Shown here in pieces: positions 9,155 to 18,006 of a stretch of DNA of 40,453 nucleotides (its first letter is position 1; the number at the start of each line of letters is the position of its first letter). The stretch lies in the IMG/VR virus record IMGVR_UViG_3300027804_000011, positions 1 through 40,453 of that record, one strand, 5' to 3'. A model generated the notes under the pieces. The model saw nothing but the letters and a program-made list of their open reading frames with translations. It did not search any database and was not told where the DNA came from. This DNA is from a virus (lineage: Duplodnaviria > Caudoviricetes). Both the position numbers and the translations under genes were made by a program.

Positions 9155-12100
9155 TATCCTTCTAACTCCTCTTTAAAGAACCTGTAATAAAATTTATAGA
9201 ACTCTGGATTTCTTTGTAGAATCTGTTTAACCTGTCCTGCTAGCCACTCACGTTGTGGTAGTGCACCAACTTTAGCAAGGCTATCATTGTCTATGTTAGC
9301 TGCCTCTAAAGCTTTATCCCTTAGATATAGATAGTCACGAAGTCCTGCCACAGCATCTGAGTCTTCAAAGCGTATATCAGTTGCCATTCTACGAAGCTCT
9401 TCTTTAACACGAGCCTTCTTGTATGGGTCAGTTTCTATACTAAGACCTGCTTTAATAAAGGTATCACGAAGGTTCTTGCGGGCTTCTTCGTACTCTTCCT
9501 CACTAAAATCACCAGATATTAGGCGAGCCATTAGTCTATCATCGGCTGCATAGAAGCGCAAACTTGTAGCTCTTTTTACTAATTCTTCAGAAGTAAACTT
9601 ATCTTTTTTACCAGCACGACGTTGCCAGCGATATAACTCAGTAGAGAATCCACCAGCAGGGTATGCATATCCATAAGTCTCAGGATATAAGTCCACAACT
9701 TCTGGCTCTCGTTGAATTAACTCGTATGTCATCAGGTTAGTAGGGGCACCTGAAGATGTATTGATGATAGCAAATATAGCTTCTGGTCCATATAAATCCA
9801 AGAAGTCAGCATAAGCCTTATTGTAATTACCACCAGCTGCTACTTCTAACTGCTTGAAGTCATTGTATAAAGCTGTAGATAGGACAACATTTCCATCATC
9901 AAGGGTAGTTAATCCCTGTGGTTGTAGTGGAAACGGAGAAGCTAATCCAAATAAACCGCGGAAAAAAGTAAACCATTGTGAAAATTTATTCGTATCTTTT
10001 ATTAGCTGAGCTTGGTCTTCTAGGTCATTTAAGTTGTAGTTTCCACCACTAGCTAAATAGTTCATAACAGGAGCAAAAGCTGCAGCATATGATTCTTCTT
10101 GCCCAGGCCACGAAGCTAATAATCTACGCCAGTTTCCAGGAAGAAATCCTTCAATTACACCTTGCTTTAAATCAGGCTCACCGAATGGAAATACAATTTT
10201 ATTTATAAAATCTTGTGCACCAATAGGTGCAATATTGATTGGATTGACACCTAATTCGTCTAACTGTAATAAAGCCATTTGCATTCCAGGCCCGACTCCT
10301 GGCATAATGCTACCTGATGCAAATGCGAAGTTCAATGATTGCGGTGTAGCAGCAATAGCATAAGGGCCTTGGCGACTAGCTCCTTGGCCAGTAACTAGGT
10401 TTGACAGGAAGTTAAGACCAGTACCTAGGAATGGAATAAAGAACTTGCGTTGCCCATCTAATGGGTCATTAAAGAAAAAGCCTTGGTTAGGGTCATAATA
10501 GTCTTTAGCATCTGTTAAAGAATACAGTGCTGATGACTCTGGCTTTGTAAGCCATTGTAAACTCTTTTGAATCTTGTATACTTCCATTGGATTATCCAGA
10601 GCAATCTGGCCCCATTTACGGATAGTATCTTCCCAGGCTGCACCGAATGGTGCAATCAAACGTAGCTGATGGAATACTAAACGCTTACGAGAAGCGTCAT
10701 AGAATAAATCAGCAACACGCTTGCTAGCTACAAAGGAAGCATACTCGTGAGCTTCAGCTGCGGTTAGATTGCCAAACTTTTTGGCAGCTTCAACACTTTC
10801 AGTCAAAGTGTATTCTTTGTCAAATACATAACTTGGATGCATCTCTGGTGGAACATAATTTTCATCACGTACTTTACCAGCGTTAGGTCCAAAGGTTTCT
10901 GGAAATTGTGGTTTTTTATTATTTTTAATTTGTTTCGGAAATCTTCCAGCTTCTAAATCGGTAACCATTTCTTTTTTGTTACCTTTAACCACTCTTACTG
11001 GCACATAGTTTATACCCTCAGCAAGAGCTGCTTGAAGCCTATGATTGCCTTCTCCTATATATGCTAATCCTGTTTCATTATCATAGACAACCATAATTGG
11101 TTCATCATATGTTTCACCACGGAATTCTTTACTAAATCCTTTACCTTCGCGTAATGATTTGCGGTAGGACTCTATCGCTTCTTTATTTCCAGCAATATTT
11201 CCAGACATATCTTTTAAGGCAGAAGTTTTTACGAAACCAACAACGCTTCTAGTTCCAACAATTCCGCCACTACCACCGTCTTTATATTCTTGCAAATTGG
11301 GAAATCTGTTTATGTATGATTGAGCTTCAGCTAGTTCTTCCTTTGAAACTTTTGCAGCAGATTCTTCTGCAGTTTTAAATGCTTTCCATACTGCATGCTC
11401 TTTGCCGATTGGCTGTCCTTTAAAGCTTGTTAATGGAGTCAAAGACTTCTTAGCAACAGTAGCTAGCTTTGCAACAGCTTCAGCATCTAGTGCGCCAGAG
11501 ATATCATAGATAGCGTCCCAATATGACTGACGCCATTCAGGACCCATGGTTGATGTCTTCTCAAGCTTAACAGCAAACTTAAAGAATCCTTCAGAAATAT
11601 TAGTCAAAAAGCCTGGTTTTTTTCCAATGCTTTCAAACCTAGCTTCAGGAATACCCATAAGTAATCCATCCCAATTACCTTTGCCATCAAAGGATTGCTT
11701 TAACATATCTGCAAACTCTTCGTTAGCATCTTTTAAAGCTTTCTTACCTCTAGAAACTTCAGCAGCATTGCGAATTGAATTCTCTGCAGATTGTCTACCT
11801 TTAGGCACTTCAATCCTAAAGCCTGGTTTATCAATTCTACCAAAGGCGATTAGATTCTTAATTGCCTGAGAAGCCTCGCCACCTAGTCCTGCTGCTTCTT
11901 CAATACGAGCAAGAAGAGATACTGCTTTATCACCTTCGCCTACACCAGTAAACAAGTAGGTAGTTGCACCTTCTCTGCTAAGTAACCAATCACGAATCTC
12001 AGGCTTCTGAAGTTTAGCAAACTGAGTCCACTCATCTTTACCAGCGCCAGTAAGTAAGTAATCTACTGTAGCCATTTGATTATCTAAAGTAGGGCCAGTG

Positions 12101-14550
12101 CTAGCTACTGCTCTACCTGCAATAGAGTTATTAAGAATGCGAATTTCATTAGCAAGACCTTCCCACCAACGAGGATGTCCGTATGCTCTAGGCTGGAATC
12201 CAGCAAATGACATGACAGCGCGAGCATCATTATCTACGCCACTTATACCAGAGGTCATAAACTTAATATATGATTCAGTTGCGTCATGAGCCATAACTTC
12301 AGCTGCAAACTCGTCTTTAGTTTTACCTAACTTAAAGCTTTCGTCTGTAACTGTATTCTTAAATGGGTCAAATTTATTTAACACAGCACGCCAAGGTGCT
12401 CCACCGTCACGGCCTAGCCACATACCCATAGCCATTAATGGGTTGTTAAAGAACGATATATGCCCTGTGCCTAGAACACGAATCTGTTCCTCAGCAATAT
12501 TACGCATAATATATGCTGGACGAACAAGAACAATACGCTTCCAAACTGTATTGGTTGCGTAATCTAAAGCCTCTTTAGTGCTTTTTGTTGCTTTGCGAAT
12601 CTTACCTACAGAAGCAATTACATCTAATAGCTCACGAGCATCAGGTAAATATACTACTGAATTAAGGTATTCAGAGTCTAGATGTGGGCCAGTAATAGTT
12701 ACTCTTTTATTTCCAGAAAGTATGTAATCTATTTTTGCCCCAGCTGCATGACGGGCTGCCCAATATAATCCCATCTCGCTATGACCGTTTCTAAATACAC
12801 GAGTTACTTCTTTAAGAAGTTCTGGCTCCAGGGATTTATCCAGGTTAGCTGCTAATATCTCATCAAATAGTTTAGCAGAAGCAGTATAGCCTATTTCAGA
12901 AGCATCATCCGACAGAGCTACAATGTCAGCTAACTCATCTAGTTTAGCAGCAGATACATTTGTAATACGGCCATAAGAATAAATTGCATCAATCAATGCA
13001 TCTTTATCAGAGGCATGAATAGCTTTACCTCTAGGTACAACTGTTAAACCTTTATTGTAAGCATCTACAACTTTATTATAAAATGGCATTTTGCGAAAGC
13101 CACGAGCGCCGAGGCCTTTAACGAAATTAACAAATTGAGCTACCTGACCAGGGACAATCCTGGAGCTAAGCATTTCTCCAACAGCTTTTCCTGTTGCTGT
13201 GCCTCTATCAAGTACACCAGCAGTGACTGTTCCTTTGGCAATATAAGGAGCTAAAGCGCTTAATACTTCTTCACGGTTAGATGCAGCAGCAATAGCCTTT
13301 GATTGTTCAACAGTAAAACCACTGCGTCCACCTGCTGACTTGCCTAAGCGCCAGATTTCTTTCCAGTCTGTAATCTCAGAAAGAGCATCAATGGCTGGAG
13401 CTGCTGCAGAGCTACTTAAGAATCCAGCTACTGCTTCAGGGTCATAAACAATGTTATCATACTCGTCTGCTTTTTGAACTCTCTCGTTTAAAGCAGTAAC
13501 AAACTCATCTTGCTTAGCAGCTCTTTCAGCTCCTACTAAATTATCTAGTTCTCTAGACGATTGAGCTATTCTAGCTGTAAGTTCATCAATCTCTGCATCA
13601 AGTATGGCTTTTTGTTGGAAAGCTTTAGCAGCTTTTACACCAGTTGATGTCCGAGCTACACGCTCTGCTTCCCTTGAAGCATTCTTTATTCTATTATATA
13701 CAATAAAACTATCAGTTTTGATAGCAAAAGCTAGGTTTCCTAAAGCAACCATTACGTTGCCATAGCTAGTATCAGCATTACCGAATGTAATAGCATTGAC
13801 TACTGGGTCAGCTAGGTAGAATGGACGTTGATAAGTCCTATTGCCTACCTTAACATTGACTGCAGCTATATCCATCTGTGCTTTACGCGCTGCAAAACCT
13901 GCACCAGTTTCTTCAGATGGGAAAAATCCTGCACCTAAATCTATTCTTTTTTCAGTAACAAGCTCTTTAGCAACTTGAGTAACCTTTAATTGGTTCAAGA
14001 TAGAACCTGGGCCGCTGGATAATCCTAAATCTTCACGAGTTTTAGTTTTGTCGGTAGGTTGCCGAGTCCAAAAATTAATATCTCCTCGTACTGCTGCATC
14101 AATATCTTCTTTTAGGGTGCGAGCAGACGCCTGAATTAGCTCTCCTGGAGTCTCTCCTATAATAGCAGCACCACGAACAATACCTTTTACAGTTGACCAT
14201 AGCTTGCCATACCATTTGCTATTAAACTTTTCATTAGAAATACGCTGTGCTTCAGTAAAAGCATCTAATTCTCGCTGAGCGCGAGTCTGTGTATCAATAT
14301 CAGCTAGTGTCTTAACAAGATTATTATTAGGAACTGCACCATATGAAGCTAAGCTAGCAAGTAATCCACCAGAAAGGGTAGGATTTTGCGTAATTAAACG
14401 GCGAGCTTTCTCGCCTTCTTCACCAGTAAGTAGCTCAGAAGCTTTAACTAACTGTTGATAGTCAGCTTGATTCTGTGTAAGCCTGTTTTCTTGTACACCA
14501 GTAATTGTCCAAGTACCATCTGGGTTCTTTTTTACTGCTGGCTGACTCAC
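9154..14550 (-). CDS. Large internal virion/ejection protein with embedded ParB/Srx-like domain
   Basis: 1798 aa; EPIMVV...YIGEGNHRLQAALAEGINYVPVRVV around residues 1150-1190. Confidence 0.7.
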   Translation of the reverse strand: MSQPAVKKNPDGTWTITGVQENRLTQNQADYQQLVKASELLTGEEGEKARRLITQNPTLSGGLLASLASYGAVPNNNLVKTLADIDTQTRAQRELDAFTEAQRISNEKFNSKWYGKLWSTVKGIVRGAAIIGETPGELIQASARTLKEDIDAAVRGDINFWTRQPTDKTKTREDLGLSSGPGSILNQLKVTQVAKELVTEKRIDLGAGFFPSEETGAGFAARKAQMDIAAVNVKVGNRTYQRPFYLADPVVNAITFGNADTSYGNVMVALGNLAFAIKTDSFIVYNRIKNASREAERVARTSTGVKAAKAFQQKAILDAEIDELTARIAQSSRELDNLVGAERAAKQDEFVTALNERVQKADEYDNIVYDPEAVAGFLSSSAAAPAIDALSEITDWKEIWRLGKSAGGRSGFTVEQSKAIAAASNREEVLSALAPYIAKGTVTAGVLDRGTATGKAVGEMLSSRIVPGQVAQFVNFVKGLGARGFRKMPFYNKVVDAYNKGLTVVPRGKAIHASDKDALIDAIYSYGRITNVSAAKLDELADIVALSDDASEIGYTASAKLFDEILAANLDKSLEPELLKEVTRVFRNGHSEMGLYWAARHAAGAKIDYILSGNKRVTITGPHLDSEYLNSVVYLPDARELLDVIASVGKIRKATKSTKEALDYATNTVWKRIVLVRPAYIMRNIAEEQIRVLGTGHISFFNNPLMAMGMWLGRDGGAPWRAVLNKFDPFKNTVTDESFKLGKTKDEFAAEVMAHDATESYIKFMTSGISGVDNDARAVMSFAGFQPRAYGHPRWWEGLANEIRILNNSIAGRAVASTGPTLDNQMATVDYLLTGAGKDEWTQFAKLQKPEIRDWLLSREGATTYLFTGVGEGDKAVSLLARIEEAAGLGGEASQAIKNLIAFGRIDKPGFRIEVPKGRQSAENSIRNAAEVSRGKKALKDANEEFADMLKQSFDGKGNWDGLLMGIPEARFESIGKKPGFLTNISEGFFKFAVKLEKTSTMGPEWRQSYWDAIYDISGALDAEAVAKLATVAKKSLTPLTSFKGQPIGKEHAVWKAFKTAEESAAKVSKEELAEAQSYINRFPNLQEYKDGGSGGIVGTRSVVGFVKTSALKDMSGNIAGNKEAIESYRKSLREGKGFSKEFRGETYDEPIMVVYDNETGLAYIGEGNHRLQAALAEGINYVPVRVVKGNKKEMVTDLEAGRFPKQIKNNKKPQFPETFGPNAGKVRDENYVPPEMHPSYVFDKEYTLTESVEAAKKFGNLTAAEAHEYASFVASKRVADLFYDASRKRLVFHQLRLIAPFGAAWEDTIRKWGQIALDNPMEVYKIQKSLQWLTKPESSALYSLTDAKDYYDPNQGFFFNDPLDGQRKFFIPFLGTGLNFLSNLVTGQGASRQGPYAIAATPQSLNFAFASGSIMPGVGPGMQMALLQLDELGVNPINIAPIGAQDFINKIVFPFGEPDLKQGVIEGFLPGNWRRLLASWPGQEESYAAAFAPVMNYLASGGNYNLNDLEDQAQLIKDTNKFSQWFTFFRGLFGLASPFPLQPQGLTTLDDGNVVLSTALYNDFKQLEVAAGGNYNKAYADFLDLYGPEAIFAIINTSSGAPTNLMTYELIQREPEVVDLYPETYGYAYPAGGFSTELYRWQRRAGKKDKFTSEELVKRATSLRFYAADDRLMARLISGDFSEEEYEEARKNLRDTFIKAGLSIETDPYKKARVKEELRRMATDIRFEDSDAVAGLRDYLYLRDKALEAANIDNDSLAKVGALPQREWLAGQVKQILQRNPEFYKFYYRFFKEELEG

Positions 14551-15002
14551 ATGTTACCTATCTGCTGGTCTACCAATTCTAGGATGCGACGTAAATCCTG
14601 GTTACGTGGGTCGCGGATATACATTGCACGAATAGCTTGAATACCGCTATCTACATCTTGTCCCATACCAACACCTTGTGGTAGGTTTAATACTTCAGTA
14701 CCAGGGCCTGGGCCTGCATCTACACCATAAGTAATTGGCTCATCAGGACGTTGTGTTGGTGCATCTAATGGAATCAAAGGCTCTTGTACAAGCTCTCTTG
14801 CAACACCCATCTGTCCTGTAGGGGCTGTTGATTTAATAGGAGCTGCTTGGCGTTGTTCATTAACAGCCTTATTCATTCCATAAGTAAAACCTGTATAGTC
14901 TGTATTCATACCACTTTGTCCATTACCACCAAGTCCATTAACATTAGCTGGATTATACTGAGGGGCTGTAGGGCGTCTACCGCCACGATTCTCAACGGCC
15001 AT
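14547..15002 (-). CDS. Hypothetical virion protein (Gly/Pro-rich)
   Basis: 151 aa, PTQRPDEPITYG motif, GAGGAGG RBS. Confidence 0.7.
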   Translation of the reverse strand: MAVENRGGRRPTAPQYNPANVNGLGGNGQSGMNTDYTGFTYGMNKAVNEQRQAAPIKSTAPTGQMGVARELVQEPLIPLDAPTQRPDEPITYGVDAGPGPGTEVLNLPQGVGMGQDVDSGIQAIRAMYIRDPRNQDLRRILELVDQQIGNM

Positions 15003-15231
15003 TTGTATCCTCCTCAGGACTATAAGAATATTCTTCTGCTGATAACAGCATACCCTTGGCTAACCAAGGATTCATGTTTTCACTTACATCTGTCATAAGA
15101 TAGCGTGTGCCTTCATAGTCACTCCACTCACTTACTAATACCCAGCCAGTACATATCTGGCTTTCTGAATCTTCTAGCTCTTCAGCAAGTACTCTCATAG
15201 CCTTGTCAACGGCTTGGGTAAACTTACTCAT
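14992..15231 (-). CDS. Small acidic hypothetical protein
   Basis: 79 aa, operon-coupled. Confidence 0.7.
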   Translation of the reverse strand: MSKFTQAVDKAMRVLAEELEDSESQICTGWVLVSEWSDYEGTRYLMTDVSENMNPWLAKGMLLSAEEYSYSPEEDTNGR

Positions 15232-15773
15232 TTGAGTTGCTCTTCTACTTGGTACGGTGGTGCTGTGTATACACTAATTCGTGCAGCCACTTCCATTGCA
15301 GTGATGACATCACTACCCGCGTAAAGCGCTCCAAGAGCGTAAGAGCCACCGCTTCCGATTGCGTAGAATCCTTCTTCACTTTTCATTACCGCCAAATCTT
15401 GGTCAACATCAAATAGCTCACCACCTACTGCGATGAGAAATTGAAATCTTAATCCATCTTTATTCTTATCGTGAGGCTCATCAAAGTTATAACCATTATC
15501 CGTAAGACACTTACGAAGAGAAGGCATAGCCTTAACTATCATGTAGCGATAGGTATCTTTCTTGTCCTTCGCTGAGAATACTGGTGGAATCCAAATGTTC
15601 TGGGCAATGTCGCAGGGTGATACTTCTCCTGCTCCTGCTATAAGTAGTGCGCCGCGTTCTGTAATCTTACGCATAAATGGATGTGAGTAAGATTTCCCAC
15701 TATCATCTGTAATACGACTGTCGGCAACAATGACAGACTTATCTTTGTATTCAACTCCAATAATCGTTGTCAT
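15228..15773 (-). CDS. Proteasome beta/HslV-like Ntn threonine protease
   Basis: After Met removal: T1-T2, D17-S-R19, K35 (RKI), AGAG, AIGSGG motifs matching the proteasome-beta catalytic pattern. Confidence 0.88.
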   Translation of the reverse strand: MTTIIGVEYKDKSVIVADSRITDDSGKSYSHPFMRKITERGALLIAGAGEVSPCDIAQNIWIPPVFSAKDKKDTYRYMIVKAMPSLRKCLTDNGYNFDEPHDKNKDGLRFQFLIAVGGELFDVDQDLAVMKSEEGFYAIGSGGSYALGALYAGSDVITAMEVAARISVYTAPPYQVEEQLK

Positions 15774-15787
15774 TGTCCCCTCCTAGA

Positions 15788-17569
15788 TTATCTTCGGCGA
15801 ATAGTTCTTACGCTTGCGTTAGCTTCTCCACTACCTGTAAGGCTTGAAAGAAGACTCATAACATCTGGACGGCCTTGCTCTACTGTAGGAACTGGTGTTT
15901 GTTCTTCAGCAAGAGCGCCTCCTACTGGAGCGCCAGCGGGAGCAGGGGACGGTTGCTCAACCATCGGGGCACCAGCAGGAGGAACCTGTTCGACAGGGGC
16001 GAAGATTTCTTCAATCGCATCCTCTATCGCTTGTCCTTTTTGGCGAGCTCTAATAACCTGTGCAATCTTAGATACTATCTGACTTGCATCGCCGCCGCCT
16101 GCGGCAATCTGTGGAATTGCTTGAGTATAGGCTTGCAGTGAACCAAGAAGAGCTGCACGCATATCTTCAATTTCAATCTTCTCAACTTCTTGACTTACGT
16201 TAACTGTAAATGGTAGTTCACGCATTGCCATATCCTTGGAGATTAATTTACCACCAAGTGCTTGTAGCATGAATATCAAGCCTTGAGCTGGGTTCAAACC
16301 AGCAAGCATACCATAACGTACATCTGCTGAGTAGTCACCCTTAATATCCTTCTTAGGATTATAAGTAATCTCGTAAGGAGCACCAGCATCTACACCACGA
16401 ATTGTCTTCTCTTCTGGAAAGATAGTTTCATCTACCTGGAAGCAAAGCTGAATGACGTCACGGAGGGCGCTGGCGAAGATTGCCTGTGCAGATTTGACCT
16501 GGGTATCGAAGGCACCCATGAGAGCCTGTACGCCCTGACCCGTGACAATCGATGCATTAATGTTACCTGTGCGTCCCTCAGGGTAACGAGCGCCTACACG
16601 CAATTCCTGATTAAGCAGAGTCTGCTCTGTGAATGCGCCTTGTGGCAGGGTAAGTTCTACACGACGTACACCTGCTGGGTTGGATGTGCGGATAACCGCA
16701 TCACCACCAAGCTGTAGCTCTTGTACATCTTGTGGAAGTACAATAGGAGCCTGTACGGATTTCTCTGCTGCCTCCATAGCAAGGAGTGCAAAGCGGTTGC
16801 GTAGCAACTGAATACCTAATATGTCATCAAACTGTCCACGCATCTCACCATCGATAGATGGTTTGCGGGCTACTACAATCATCATCTTGCCAAGAGGATT
16901 CTTAGCTTGAGATAATAGAAGATTATTTTTATCTGGTAGATAGATTACCGATTGGTCTTTATCATAGTAACGAACCATTTCGATAAGAGAGTTTAAGTCT
17001 TGCTTGTATCCAAGTCCACCAAGGAGCGCACGCTCATACTCTGGGAATTGGGTGACAAGCTCGCCAAGGGTTAATGAGTAACGCTTAGCAAATGCTACGC
17101 ATCTTCCGTATCTATCAAATTCTGGATAGGAGCCGATTGGATTTTCTAGACGAATACGAGGAAGCTTAGCTTCTTCATCTAGCTCGATAACAAATGGCAG
17201 GAAGCCGTAGGTTATATACCAGTCCGCTCCCGAGTACATCTGTACAGACATGTCCGAATGAGCAAAGTAATTGCTTGCAATGCGAGTACGCTTGTCAGCA
17301 AAGCTGCGAGCCCTGTCAGAAGTCTGATTCGCCGCGGAACAGTTGATTGCAGGCAGAGGCGCCATAACTTCAGATAAGTCTCGCGCAACAATATCAATAA
17401 AATTTGCAACGACATTTGCGTCTACTCCATCTGGAAAGAAGTCAGGATATACGCTAGCAATCTGACCTTTACGGACAGCAAGGACGTCTTGATTACGAGC
17501 GTCCCTATCTGAGCTACGATAGCGTAGCGAGTCAACTCGCGCAGCAATCTGTTCAATTGTAAGTGCCAT
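15788..17569 (-). CDS. Portal protein
   Basis: 593 aa downstream of terminase, podovirus portal size, Pro/Ala-rich tail. Confidence 0.8.
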   Translation of the reverse strand: MALTIEQIAARVDSLRYRSSDRDARNQDVLAVRKGQIASVYPDFFPDGVDANVVANFIDIVARDLSEVMAPLPAINCSAANQTSDRARSFADKRTRIASNYFAHSDMSVQMYSGADWYITYGFLPFVIELDEEAKLPRIRLENPIGSYPEFDRYGRCVAFAKRYSLTLGELVTQFPEYERALLGGLGYKQDLNSLIEMVRYYDKDQSVIYLPDKNNLLLSQAKNPLGKMMIVVARKPSIDGEMRGQFDDILGIQLLRNRFALLAMEAAEKSVQAPIVLPQDVQELQLGGDAVIRTSNPAGVRRVELTLPQGAFTEQTLLNQELRVGARYPEGRTGNINASIVTGQGVQALMGAFDTQVKSAQAIFASALRDVIQLCFQVDETIFPEEKTIRGVDAGAPYEITYNPKKDIKGDYSADVRYGMLAGLNPAQGLIFMLQALGGKLISKDMAMRELPFTVNVSQEVEKIEIEDMRAALLGSLQAYTQAIPQIAAGGGDASQIVSKIAQVIRARQKGQAIEDAIEEIFAPVEQVPPAGAPMVEQPSPAPAGAPVGGALAEEQTPVPTVEQGRPDVMSLLSSLTGSGEANASVRTIRRR

Positions 17570-17586
17570 TATATCCTAACTAAATT

Positions 17587-17997
17587 TTAGTATGTGTTGT
17601 AGGTAGGGTTAACATTCTTGCTACCCTTACCTGTGATTCCAGCAGAAGCACGGCCTGTAATAGCTCTTTTTGTTTTAGCTTTACTTGCTGCTTCTTGGCC
17701 ACGACGCTCTGCGCTTTGGGCGCGAAGTGCGCTACGCTCTAGTTCGGCAGCACGCGAGTTTGACATCAATAGAGCAGCTCTAGATTCTTCTTTTGTAGGA
17801 AATGAAAACCCACGAGCAATCTTACCTAATCCTTTTGCTTTGCCGCGGCTAAGGTTCATTGCTGTTTCTTGAAGTTCATATTCTGCCTCTGAACCGCCGT
17901 ACATTCCTGCACTTGATGGGTCTTGGTTGGCATACAATCTTGCTTTTTCTGCTTTGCGCTTTACTTCAGCAGCTGATTGGCGCTTTACTTTTGCCAT
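17587..17997 (-). CDS. Basic hypothetical protein
   Basis: 136 aa between terminase and portal. Confidence 0.6.
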   Translation of the reverse strand: MAKVKRQSAAEVKRKAEKARLYANQDPSSAGMYGGSEAEYELQETAMNLSRGKAKGLGKIARGFSFPTKEESRAALLMSNSRAAELERSALRAQSAERRGQEAASKAKTKRAITGRASAGITGKGSKNVNPTYNTY

Positions 17998-18006
17998 ATT
18001 GGTTTC

